In this document: piece after piece, positions 35,401-42,961 of the stretch | Layout of the letters: the number at the start of each line of letters is the position of its first letter | How positions within the stretch are numbered: the first letter of the stretch is position 1 | From: a virus | Lineage: Duplodnaviria; Heunggongvirae; Uroviricota; Caudoviricetes | IMG/VR virus record: IMGVR_UViG_3300005758_000043 | DNA length: 44,150 nt | Strand: one strand, 5' to 3' | The notes under the pieces: generated by a model | The model's database searches: none | Told to the model about the DNA's origin: nothing | The model's input: only the letters and a program-made list of their open reading frames with translations | Position numbers and translations under genes: made by a program

Positions 35401-38400
35401 TTTTGAAGTTATATAGTCAATTTTTAAGGATTTTTCATCCATAAAATCATCTACTTCAAAATCTAAAGTGCTGCCTTTTTCAGTCTTGTATCGTCTGTAT
35501 AGCGATCCATAATTATCTTCTACCCAAAAGCTTTTTTGTGCAAAGTTTGGAATAAAACCATTTGCGGCTGTTTTTTGTTGAGTTTGTTTTATGAGAATTT
35601 TGCCTATTATATCTCTCGCAATACCAGAAACTTTAGCGGCCCCAGGATCAAGAATTCCAATTTTTGCGCCAGCAGCAGCCATACTCCTCAAAGTAGCAAA
35701 TGCGCCAACAGCATTTTGAGGATAATTTCTCAATTGATCTATTTGATTTTCAGCATTTTTGTTTACTGTATAGTTTGAGCCGTGTAGATCTTCTATGCTC
35801 AAACCTCTAGCTCCAAGTGCGCTAAATAAAACTCTTCTTCCAAAAGATTCAGAAACCTGCGATCCTAATGCGGTTTTTGCCAAAGGATCAGATATGACTT
35901 CTTTTCTAATAGATAGTTTTCTTTTTGAATCTTCAAGGCTAGATAAATTTTTAGGTCCAAATATGCTTGGAATATTTGCATATTTATTTATAAATTCAGA
36001 AACGAGCCATTCGAACTCTACTGCTTTACTAGGTCCATCCTTAAAAAATTTCTTGACGCCAACTTGAGTTCCATCTTTTTCTCCAAGTCTATAAAATGCG
36101 CCCTGCACTCCTCTTCCTATTTCTCTCGATTTAGAAACATAATTGGGAATATAGCCTGATGCTTTATTTTCTAGTTTGGGCGTTTTTATTTCGCCCATCT
36201 GAATTGCATTCTTGATTTTAGTATCAAATGAATTTATATTGTCATTATTTAAAGCGTTTTTGAAATCTAAAGCTTTAACTCTATTTAAAACATTGCTTAA
36301 ATGACTATTTGGTTGTAAACCATTGGCGCTCCCAAAAGATGCCGCAAATCCTTTAATTGATCCTTCTCCAAGAATATCAAAATTCGCATTTGATTTTTTA
36401 CTTTGAATTCCAGAGGCAGCTTGCAAGGCTGTTTCAAAAACATTTCCAACAGCACTCTGTAAAGTTCCTTCGTTGAGCGTTTTATTAGCAATATCTAAGA
36501 ATTTTTGGTCATCAACTACATCTGGATTTATTCCTATATTTTTTACATAATTTCTAGATGTGTTTATGAAAGATTGTCGTAATTCTTTATATAGAAAATC
36601 ATCAGGATGAGAAACAACAGATGCAATCTTAATAATATTACCGCCTTTAGTTGTTGCAAAACCTGTTTTTTGTTTAGAAGATGGATATAATAACGCAATA
36701 TTAGATGAATAATCTCCTTGCATTAATTTAATAGACTCTTCTTCTTTTATTCTTCTTTGGAGAGATTTTTCTCCGCTAGATCTCCAGTTTAGATAAGCCT
36801 CGCGAACAGTTTCGTCTCCTAAACTTGAGTATGGATTTTTTTTATCATTTATATTTAAATTTGGGTTATCATTAATAAAAGCATTCCATTCGCCCTTAAC
36901 TGTTTTACCAGATAGTCCAACACGATCTACAAATAAATCCCTTGATGCTGCTGCAAAATTAGGAATCAATCCCCCTGCCGCTCCAATTTTTTTAGCTCCA
37001 GCAGGAAGACCCATTTTTTTAACCATATCTCGGTTGAAAATAGCTGTGCCACCACTTCCTGCGAAATTAGGAATTGCATATTCTCCTGTATGAGCAACAA
37101 TAGATCCTTTTTTGCCGCCGCCAAAATTGAAGTTCGGAATAACCACAGGCTTGTCGCCTGATCTTGCTCCACCAACACCTCTGCTAATGTCAGAGCTTTC
37201 TTTAGCTAACGCTGGCATATATCCAGCCGCCGCATTCTTTTCTGGCACTCTAAGACCTTGCCCTGTCGCTCTTATCCCTAATCCATATGAAGGGCTAGCT
37301 AAATCTTTAGAAATAGCAGCACTTCTTCTGATTACGGCTTCTTGTTGAATTAAAGCATCAGTAATAACTTTTAATTGACCTGCTCTGTTTCCTTCTAATG
37401 AAAATAGTTTTTGCTGCAAACCGATATTAGTAGCTAATGCTGTATTGATTGCTTTTTCAACATCTGCAATATCTTTTGCAGCTTTTCCAATTCCGAAGAA
37501 ACCTTTTAAACTTGAGAAGCCGAATTGAACCAGATCCTTAGATAGTTTAACAATAATAGCTCCAAATAAAGCTAAACCTGGTCCACTAATCAAGTTTCCA
37601 ATTCCTTTAACTAATCCGCGAACAAATCCACCCATCGCACTTTCTTCGCCCAAGATATTTTGGATACTATCCAATAAACCTCCAAAGAAATTAAGCAAAT
37701 CTCTTAAATTATCAGTAATTCCAATTTTGCCTAATGTAGCTCCCAATTGTTCGGCGCTAATAGAAACTTTATTAATGATTGCTGAAAGTGTTTCATTTAA
37801 TGCGGCATTCTTTTTATAAGCTTCTGAAGTCGCTCCTTGAGATAGTTTAACAATATCAGCATATTTTGATTGTTCGCTTCCCAAATCTTTAACAGCGGCA
37901 AGTAAGTTAGACAATTGATAAACACCACCAAGTTTTTTGGAAATATCTGCTTGTTTAGTTTGGCTTAATCCTTGAAATTCCTTAGCTAAATTTTGGAGAA
38001 TTTCTGTTGCTGGTAAAATTTTTCCAGCAGTATCTACCACTTGGATTCCTAAGTTATCAAGATCTTCTAAAGCTCCTTTATCTTGGATCTTGGAGAAAAT
38101 TGTTTTAAAAGCGTTACCAATAACAGCACCACCACGCGCAGTTCTTTCTTGAACTGTTGTAATAATACCTACAAGCTCATCAAATGAAACTCCAGCTTGA
38201 TCAGCAACAGAAGCGGAACGTTTGATACCTTCGATAAGATCTCGTTCAGAAACAGCGTATTGCTGAGAAACAACAACCAATTTATTCAAAATCTGGGAGC
38301 TTGTAATCCCAGCATCTGCAAATGAATTGATAGCAGCAGTCAAACCTTCAACAGATTGTTGCGCATCCAGCCCAGAAAGTCTTGATAAGATAAGAGCATC

Positions 38401-38865
38401 ATTGAGTCTTTTTAAAACTTTTTGTGCATCTAAACCTTGTCTGGAAAGTTCCAAAGCTCCTTCTGCAACTGTTTCAAATGATTGGCCTGTAGATTTAGCC
38501 AAGTTGAAAAGATTATTGCCAAATTTATCAAGCTCGCTAGAACTTTGTTTCAAGTTGATATTAATATCGGTTAAAGCTTTTTCTGTGGCAATTGTATTTT
38601 TTACCAATGCTTGAAAAGCTTTAGATACGCCATTAATAACACCAACTGAAGCTCCGAAAGCGAATACACGCGCATTCGCGGCTTCCATAGATTTCGTGAA
38701 CTCGTCTGCTTGCCCAGTAATTCTTCCTAATGGTTGTGCCAACGCATTGATTTGTCGGCTATTGGTTCCCAAATTGATCTGAGCATTACGTCCAGCAGTT
38801 TTTAACGCTTGTTGAATACTTTGCTCTAATCCTACTTGAGTTACTGGTAACTGAATTGATTGCAT
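29467..38865 (-). CDS. giant tape measure protein (3132 aa) with embedded enzyme-like domains
   Basis: N-terminal TP901-type core (LFNLAKSTGQSFETVAEGALELSRQG..GNAFKTIFS), long coiled-coil/Ala-Gly helical tracts, two C-terminal A-x-GG..D-x-V-x-x-ML-x-GGEF repeats, and its position in the tail module. SD-like AAGGA upstream. Confidence 0.9.
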   Translation of the reverse strand: MQSIQLPVTQVGLEQSIQQALKTAGRNAQINLGTNSRQINALAQPLGRITGQADEFTKSMEAANARVFAFGASVGVINGVSKAFQALVKNTIATEKALTDININLKQSSSELDKFGNNLFNLAKSTGQSFETVAEGALELSRQGLDAQKVLKRLNDALILSRLSGLDAQQSVEGLTAAINSFADAGITSSQILNKLVVVSQQYAVSERDLIEGIKRSASVADQAGVSFDELVGIITTVQERTARGGAVIGNAFKTIFSKIQDKGALEDLDNLGIQVVDTAGKILPATEILQNLAKEFQGLSQTKQADISKKLGGVYQLSNLLAAVKDLGSEQSKYADIVKLSQGATSEAYKKNAALNETLSAIINKVSISAEQLGATLGKIGITDNLRDLLNFFGGLLDSIQNILGEESAMGGFVRGLVKGIGNLISGPGLALFGAIIVKLSKDLVQFGFSSLKGFFGIGKAAKDIADVEKAINTALATNIGLQQKLFSLEGNRAGQLKVITDALIQQEAVIRRSAAISKDLASPSYGLGIRATGQGLRVPEKNAAAGYMPALAKESSDISRGVGGARSGDKPVVIPNFNFGGGKKGSIVAHTGEYAIPNFAGSGGTAIFNRDMVKKMGLPAGAKKIGAAGGLIPNFAAASRDLFVDRVGLSGKTVKGEWNAFINDNPNLNINDKKNPYSSLGDETVREAYLNWRSSGEKSLQRRIKEEESIKLMQGDYSSNIALLYPSSKQKTGFATTKGGNIIKIASVVSHPDDFLYKELRQSFINTSRNYVKNIGINPDVVDDQKFLDIANKTLNEGTLQSAVGNVFETALQAASGIQSKKSNANFDILGEGSIKGFAASFGSANGLQPNSHLSNVLNRVKALDFKNALNNDNINSFDTKIKNAIQMGEIKTPKLENKASGYIPNYVSKSREIGRGVQGAFYRLGEKDGTQVGVKKFFKDGPSKAVEFEWLVSEFINKYANIPSIFGPKNLSSLEDSKRKLSIRKEVISDPLAKTALGSQVSESFGRRVLFSALGARGLSIEDLHGSNYTVNKNAENQIDQLRNYPQNAVGAFATLRSMAAAGAKIGILDPGAAKVSGIARDIIGKILIKQTQQKTAANGFIPNFAQKSFWVEDNYGSLYRRYKTEKGSTLDFEVDDFMDEKSLKIDYITSKKKGDAYKLFLQLAKLSKRTKLPILSDQLVSQKERKISRSKKPIDFNKMSNWDELIYSFPQLKYRQIPNLVTSGSFGGNDFETIEELKKFVTEMPKKEFQRTLFSGIGGLTSKYAARGFLPNFADPLKQAISREMAAGVPSSQIYIDKSPSLKNAANPMGLMVANRRDEPMGGHQGVSRAIKEGRNPKTYGAASGFVPNYAAKIPEIAGQVASSLGGGTKFGSDVEKAINEFGKKAIAAGGNMDKLSKKLEAALVALGNSTDVSKKVADESKKQAESIKQAREIAAQEAKAKREALAAKKLNNQGLSQTTDSDNKSAADFVGKVFLFQSVASALTGVFSELGESGQKLAQGLNDVSFGVLSFNEFTKMGRQMRKEPKSELQNSLENFNTARKSGASAADLADAASAISSSGGGMITSKLANAASKTGVVGKVAGGTLGAITKIGPLFGKMLPVIGQVITAFQAVNAIGKIFGKDLAGWLMDLGTGFARALNIIDTEAEAAAKSLSKITSSKIEGFGKGQFNTGESALGSFMATYMTEGEKKQLRDKYKISSDASQAEYAAKANAQQFEFATFKNNKEFLARQASISEAQLQEQYNVGGPTALQKKYTVGTTNLESGTAKLSSEDVYKGFSDLQFKALTAFETDLVDKLSSEESRQKYEKAVSAGLKGIELDPFINDLFASVNTNIAGNPELKKKIDEARKSIAESGNLNDAGKKQELAKKLLDIFQDTTKEAKIQESVNLINLQLAEQKLDNAIKYKLALLDINSQQDLLLSIEKELINTTDARKISIDRELSARKSSIELVKQQAGAAADFLRSQEAIKNAVGEAIAGKINEKSFEKIRGLVDSITEQIIQQQGYNSQIKNSLEDQLKSIFGEGEAYKKILNLLDSQLNSIADQIKLTKIQEDLTKKTTAIVEAKNSALNNERNFRLQNIDLLKEELSYEEKLLNIRDDSFKNRAEQLKSIAPKGMQDNIDVLINKKERSSVVLKAQNQQQTIFRNLQKDLLSNALEKNLGQGLVSKIEKASSINELANLGKDIAEAEKNAAIIKLDAAFSSQKLVVDSADYFYKKIIASADYLKSGSSQTDFIENQISNLKTLAEQGVPGAEDSLKQMMSIKNAPDIEEDYRKSRAQLEQSNFSQSTAQIGSAMNEASLATEEMISKLEQLNPAFLNASKDLEKQFNKLLLSFTGSMAEKQRENIALSGRIERLSMQKDFELQNPKNFAGITDPQEYLNKQQQIEKEFFDKTQQLEFEKAAKEAEIQFKTEQMTLENTKQLAANTEALQKLYDALAKEVAESPANTPMQNRDLTGVDTAHLRKLIASEVGGQSQDAQAAFLSTVFNRASMYGQSVDSVAKNAKYYEPLKNPGRFAQTNPLTEKQFKDLFNNPNINSPYTHNVQAGSQLEKNLQPEMGLSKTINGETFYTKNWEKSPDKAWAEVQKLSMMSGDLSEAAQKAAEAIGYTGDAAIEKATELTKAAEGLRNIKATQFESGKTLKTKFDIQTAQAQPGSFKEGMTNAFRELNKSVQEFESKLGQEIPAMFASGMANAINSAIEGTASLGDALKAAAYEFVKGINQKIIGNLVDKAVGGLGNLIPSFSSLFRASGGAIVGGSGNKDDVPAMLMGGEFVMNKKAVQKYGPDFLNALNSGSISGYAKGGPVQKGPQGNFYTPGQYGLGAISGSKNLLGFATQSYTTGKRDEIINSGNYASINLEAESARLTNFGRQNSPAAEALRSAKGEAFSLYLRDYEAKKEEQKKQKEQSKALRNQLLMLGISVVGGSLVKSAVTGFNNGYTQAQNLGQGYMSSIGSGINGVWSGYNGSGGLSNIFSDTAFTPRAKIVGDVNGMAFEKYRATGGPIPSTSGIDTVSTMLSGGEFIMNRAAAQNIGSGNLQALNSGAKSLPTEEKSEELNDRLISKLDELIEASGSAGNITINVEGGSGKSSETSDGNGSEGKQQLARQIRDAVLKVIQEEKRLGGQLRRGM
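34798..37234 (-). repeat. six copies of the A-x-G-[FYL]-[ILVM]-P-N-[FY]-A-like peptide linker inside the tape measure gene
   Basis: AAAGYMPALA (~37201-37234), AAGGLIPNFAA (~36948-36982), ASGYIPNYVS (~36133-36162), AANGFIPNFAQ (~35537-35569), AARGFLPNFAD (~35029-35062) and AASGFVPNYAA (~34798-34830). Confidence 0.85.
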
Positions 38866-38892
38866 ATACGGTCCTTATTCCCTTTGACATAT

Positions 38893-38898
38893 TTACAC
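38893..38898 (-). promoter_or_regulatory. GTGTAA upstream motif before the tape measure gene
   Basis: The minus strand reads TTTTGTGTAAATATGTCAAAGGGAATAAGGACCGTAT-ATG. Confidence 0.5.
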
Positions 38899-38913
38899 AA
38901 AAAAAACAATATA

Positions 38914-39888
38914 TTACCCCATTAATTCCATCAATTGCTCCATATTCATTGATCCTCCTTGTTTTTTGAGTTCGTCAGATAATTTTAAAGTTTTTGCATT
39001 TGGATCAATAAATTCTAAATCTTCTTGTGTAGCGCCAAATACTGCCGTTGCGCCAGTTTCTTTGCTAGCAAAATTGGTTGGTGAAGTTTTATTCTTTTTA
39101 TTTTCTGAGAAATTTAAAACGGCTGTTGGGTCTTTTTTGATATGCTCTGGAATATCCTCGTTATACTGGAAAATATTAAAGAAGATTCTAGCATATAAAG
39201 CTAATTTTAATTGATAAGCTGAAAGCTGCACAATAGGCTTTCCATAAAAAGCGGAAACATCTTCAGTTTGAGAAATATACATATTAAAGAAATCTCTTAA
39301 AACAACATGTTGGATATTTTCTTCGCATAGTCTTTTTCCGCATATTTCATATTGCTTTAAAAGCGGAGCTATTTCATCATCACTCAAGTTTGCAAACTGA
39401 TCGTCAGTAAAATAGTGCTGCGTCAACTGAGGATCTTTATAAACAATATATCGAATAAATTCTTCATTTGCTCTTGCAGATGCATATTCTTCCGCCGTTT
39501 TTCCAACAACATCTCTGCGCATTTTTAACAATTTATTCAATTCTACATTTTTCTCATCAATCTGTTTTTGCAGATCGTTTTTCTGAGATGGAAGAATTAG
39601 TTTCTTTTTAGTTTGAGATAATGCATCTATCTCAGATTTCAACGAGGCAATTTGATCTTCTTCTTTATCTGACCATAAGCCGTCTTCTTTTAACTGCAAA
39701 AGCATCTCCTCTTCCGAGGGGATGCCTTTGTTCATTGCAATTGTTTTATACTTTTCGTAGTAACGATGAATATATCTTTGATCTCGGATAGAAAAATGTT
39801 TTAGATATACAGCAGATCCAAAATATTCGAATTCTGTATAACCATCAAAGATTTCTCCGACTATTCCAATATATTCTTCTTCACTCAC
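38914..39888 (-). CDS. putative tail assembly chaperone (second)
   Basis: A charged helical 324-aa protein directly upstream of the tape measure gene. It starts at a GTG in a GTGA overlap. The function is inferred from position. Confidence 0.5.
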   Translation of the reverse strand: MSEEEYIGIVGEIFDGYTEFEYFGSAVYLKHFSIRDQRYIHRYYEKYKTIAMNKGIPSEEEMLLQLKEDGLWSDKEEDQIASLKSEIDALSQTKKKLILPSQKNDLQKQIDEKNVELNKLLKMRRDVVGKTAEEYASARANEEFIRYIVYKDPQLTQHYFTDDQFANLSDDEIAPLLKQYEICGKRLCEENIQHVVLRDFFNMYISQTEDVSAFYGKPIVQLSAYQLKLALYARIFFNIFQYNEDIPEHIKKDPTAVLNFSENKKNKTSPTNFASKETGATAVFGATQEDLEFIDPNAKTLKLSDELKKQGGSMNMEQLMELMG

Positions 39889-40646
39889 ACTTCGTCGTTT
39901 TCAAGTTTCTTCATAAGACTGTCGAAAGATTCTTTATCAGATGCTTGGTTAAAGAACCAAAACGCCAAAATAGTCGCAGCCTTCTTAGCAATTAAGAAAT
40001 ACAGAGAATCATCAGACTCTTCTTTTTTGTAATATTCTTCAAGCTTTGTTTCAAAATCACCTTTGCCAAAATAAGGAACTGGGCTTTCATCATCTTGACT
40101 TTGAATATAGGTCAACATGATAACATACCACAAAATAAGACGATTCTGAGCTTTCACATCAGCAGTGTGATCAAATAAAGATTGATAATTGGATTCAAAT
40201 TCAACAATCTGGCGGCGGACTTCGGCCAATTCTTTAGTGATTTCAGAAACTCTTTCTGTTTGTTTTTCGCTCTTATTTTGAACGATCTCCAATCTGGAGA
40301 ATTCATTTTGCAAATCAAAAATCTTCTTATAAGAATCGACAAGTGATTTTGCATCATCTTCACTCATCAAGCCGCCACTGTCGCTATACTTTTTCGCTAA
40401 CATAGCCTTGGTTAAGATTCCCTTCTTTACGCATCGGCTCATTTCAACACTAAACTCAAGTTCAGCTTCTTCAAGCTCGCGGCGAGAAGGTCTTTTGAGC
40501 TTGATAGTAACAGGCTCTTTTACAGTGACTTTTTTCTTTACTGTGATTTCTTCCTTTGTTTTTTTGTCAATTTTTGTGCTGACTTCTTCCTTTTCAACTT
40601 CGCGATCTACCACAAAGCTATATAGTTCCTTGAATGTTTTGTCCAT
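39885..40646 (-). CDS. putative tail assembly chaperone (first)
   Basis: A charged, coiled-coil-rich 253-aa protein with IKLKRPSRRELEEAE. The function is inferred from position. Confidence 0.5.
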   Translation of the reverse strand: MDKTFKELYSFVVDREVEKEEVSTKIDKKTKEEITVKKKVTVKEPVTIKLKRPSRRELEEAELEFSVEMSRCVKKGILTKAMLAKKYSDSGGLMSEDDAKSLVDSYKKIFDLQNEFSRLEIVQNKSEKQTERVSEITKELAEVRRQIVEFESNYQSLFDHTADVKAQNRLILWYVIMLTYIQSQDDESPVPYFGKGDFETKLEEYYKKEESDDSLYFLIAKKAATILAFWFFNQASDKESFDSLMKKLENDEV

Positions 40647-40650
40647 ATGG

Positions 40651-40938
40651 TTATTTAAATATAAATGTTACGGTATAATTTTCTAGTTCTGATGAGAAAT
40701 CTCTTAAAGATTCATTACCAACATCTAGTATTTTTTTTCTAATCCAATTAGATTTTTGATCATCAAAATGATTTGCCGCATTGATTATCCCATGATATTC
40801 ACTAGGGATATTTTCATAAAGCTTGCGATAATGATAATCATGATCTGCTTTCATATCTTCTACAATCTTCAACATCGTTTTAAATAACAGTGTTGTTGAC
40901 TGTTTATATCGTTTTTCTAGGGAATTTTGAGCATTCAT
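40651..40938 (-). CDS. hypothetical protein
   Basis: A 95-aa ORF, first gene of the leftward tail operon, with AAGG upstream. Confidence 0.7.
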   Translation of the reverse strand: MNAQNSLEKRYKQSTTLLFKTMLKIVEDMKADHDYHYRKLYENIPSEYHGIINAANHFDDQKSNWIRKKILDVGNESLRDFSSELENYTVTFIFK

Positions 40939-40969
40939 CCTTATACCTTATTTAATAATATAAAAAAAA

Positions 40970-40975
40970 GTGTAA
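40970..40975 (+). promoter_or_regulatory. GTGTAA upstream motif of the rightward structural operon
   Basis: AAGTGTAAAATTCAAT-ATG (40984) in the divergent gap. Confidence 0.5.
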
Positions 40976-40983
40976 AATTCAAT

Positions 40984-41451
40984 ATGCCAAGTTTAATTAG
41001 TGAAGCAAGACAACAAAGTATCGAAACTGTTTTGCGCAATTTGCACGATACATTTGTTAAAGAAATCACTGTCTATAAAAATGCTCAAGGTATTTGTATA
41101 AGCAGTTCTCCGACATTCAACAGTATTTATGGAGATAAAGGGCCATCTCAAAGCATTCAATATGAGATGATTTCAAAGACATTTAAAGCGAGAGTTTACT
41201 TTGTCAAATCTGAGCAAGAATTCTTTTATAATGGTCGCGGCCTTAATGGTTCAAATGATAAGCTTATTTTGCCTCAAGGATTTGTAAAAATTATTGTAGA
41301 TGCCGATGCTTATTCATTTATTAAAGAAGCGCGCAAAGTTGAATTTGATGGAGTCGTTTACTCAATTCGAAGCGCGGGTAATCATGCTAACCCAGAAGGT
41401 TTATTCAATAATATCTTCTATGAATTCCACTTAACACCTCTTAATGAATGA
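40984..41451 (+). CDS. putative head-closure/head-tail joining protein
   Basis: Beta-rich FKARVY..VKIIVD..KVEFDGVVYSIRS. It is the first of three genes before the tube gene. The start is taken at ATG 40984. Confidence 0.45.
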   Translation: MPSLISEARQQSIETVLRNLHDTFVKEITVYKNAQGICISSSPTFNSIYGDKGPSQSIQYEMISKTFKARVYFVKSEQEFFYNGRGLNGSNDKLILPQGFVKIIVDADAYSFIKEARKVEFDGVVYSIRSAGNHANPEGLFNNIFYEFHLTPLNE

Positions 41452-42065
41452 GCCGTAGAATCGTAATACCACCTTCAACTTTAGCAGAGGTTGAGAAGCA
41501 AGCTATTCAGCTTATTGGGAAGCAATATTTGCAACAATCTTTAACCGAAGAGTTTGATAGAATCAAAGAAGAAATGATCCAAGAGTTTATGAATCATCCA
41601 GTAACGGAAGAAATCATGAATGGAATCAATGCGGAAAATACTTCTGGAACACTATCAAATAGAACAGGCAATCTTTTTTCTTTTATTGGCTTCGATGCTT
41701 CAGACGATCCAATTTCACAAATTATTAATCTTCTAGAACAGTCAAATATAAAATTCTTATACAATAATAGAAAAAATTTTATAGTCAAAATTACAATACC
41801 AACAGCCGAATCAATTTTTGCCATTACTCCCATGCCGTGGGCGCAGGGAAGAAGTTGGGCAAAAGGAATAGAGTCTGGAATTTCTGGACTTGGTTTTTAT
41901 CTTCAAAAATTCAACCAAGGTCGATCTGAAGGCGGTATTCAAGTTGATAAAAAAATATCTTCTGGGAAATTCAAAAACACACCTTACATTTCTTCTTTAA
42001 TAAATAAATATACTCAAAAATTTACATCAATCAATTACTCTAAAATAAGAATAGCCAAATTATGA
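41448..42065 (+). CDS. putative neck/tail-completion protein
   Basis: It lies between the head-closure-like and terminator-like genes and contains GNLFSFIGF and PWAQGRSWAKGIE. The function is inferred from position. Confidence 0.4.
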   Translation: MSRRIVIPPSTLAEVEKQAIQLIGKQYLQQSLTEEFDRIKEEMIQEFMNHPVTEEIMNGINAENTSGTLSNRTGNLFSFIGFDASDDPISQIINLLEQSNIKFLYNNRKNFIVKITIPTAESIFAITPMPWAQGRSWAKGIESGISGLGFYLQKFNQGRSEGGIQVDKKISSGKFKNTPYISSLINKYTQKFTSINYSKIRIAKL

Positions 42066-42910
42066 AGCCTCAATTTATCCACAGCGCAACAACTTCTTTT
42101 TTCTTATGGTTTGATAACTATCTTATCAAAAAAGGAGAAGCTTTTTCAAACAAAACAGGAAAACTTTATCACTATGCAGATGATCGTTTAGATCCTCGTT
42201 TTGAGACTTTTGGAAGTCCTTATAAACAATGGGTTACAGATAGTTCTATCTCAGGAGCTAATATTCCAACTGGTATATTTATCAATGGAGTCCAAAAAAA
42301 TCGCAGCGATGGCATCATCTTTGATTTTGACAATGGCCGCATTTTATCTAGCGGAATTTCTCAAAACGATTTTGTTACAGGATCTTTCGCAGTCAAAGAT
42401 TTTAATATCTATTTTACCAATGAAACAGAAGAAGACTTGTTGATTGACAGAAAATTCGTGGCAAATCCTAGAGTGTATTCTCCTCAAGAAAATTATGTAA
42501 ATCCTTATGATGCAGTTATTCCTGCTATTTTCTTATCTAGCTCTACTGTTAAAAATGATCCATTTTCTTTTGGTGGAGAAGATACGACCAAAATACTTAT
42601 GAAGGCTGTTATATTAGCCGAAAACTCATATCAATTAGAAGGTATTCTCTCTATATTTGCCGATTCCAAACAATCGGTATTTCCGACTATTCCATTTGAG
42701 GCTCATCCTATTACTGAATATGGAGATTTAAAAAGTGGATTTTATTCTTATGAAGCTTTAAAATCTCAATACCAAAACAATCAATTATTCTTTGTTAATG
42801 ATGTTGATACGTCAAAATTATCAGACAAATCCTCAAAGAGTTTGACGAATGATTTGTATGTTGGATTTATTGATTTTGAAATTCACCAACAACGTTATCC
42901 TAGAATATAA
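42062..42910 (+). CDS. putative tail terminator/structural protein
   Basis: It lies directly upstream of the tube gene and contains IPAIFLS..PFSFGGED and VGFIDFEI. The function is inferred from position. Confidence 0.4.
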   Translation: MKPQFIHSATTSFFLWFDNYLIKKGEAFSNKTGKLYHYADDRLDPRFETFGSPYKQWVTDSSISGANIPTGIFINGVQKNRSDGIIFDFDNGRILSSGISQNDFVTGSFAVKDFNIYFTNETEEDLLIDRKFVANPRVYSPQENYVNPYDAVIPAIFLSSSTVKNDPFSFGGEDTTKILMKAVILAENSYQLEGILSIFADSKQSVFPTIPFEAHPITEYGDLKSGFYSYEALKSQYQNNQLFFVNDVDTSKLSDKSSKSLTNDLYVGFIDFEIHQQRYPRI

Positions 42911-42961
42911 AAATTTCACTTTTTTTGAATTAAGTTGTAAAGACAGTAAACATAAAAATTT

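Noticed and set aside
38786-38890. Short out-of-frame ORF starting at ATG 38890, just after the GTGTAA motif and overlapping the tape measure start
   Set aside because: It is only ~34 codons with no recognisable features, and the tape measure ATG has its own SD-like AAGGA. It is probably incidental.
39860-39960. G/GT-type frameshift between the two chaperone-position genes
   Set aside because: No X-XXY-YYZ heptamer was found near the end of the first gene, and the second has its own GTG start overlapping the stop.
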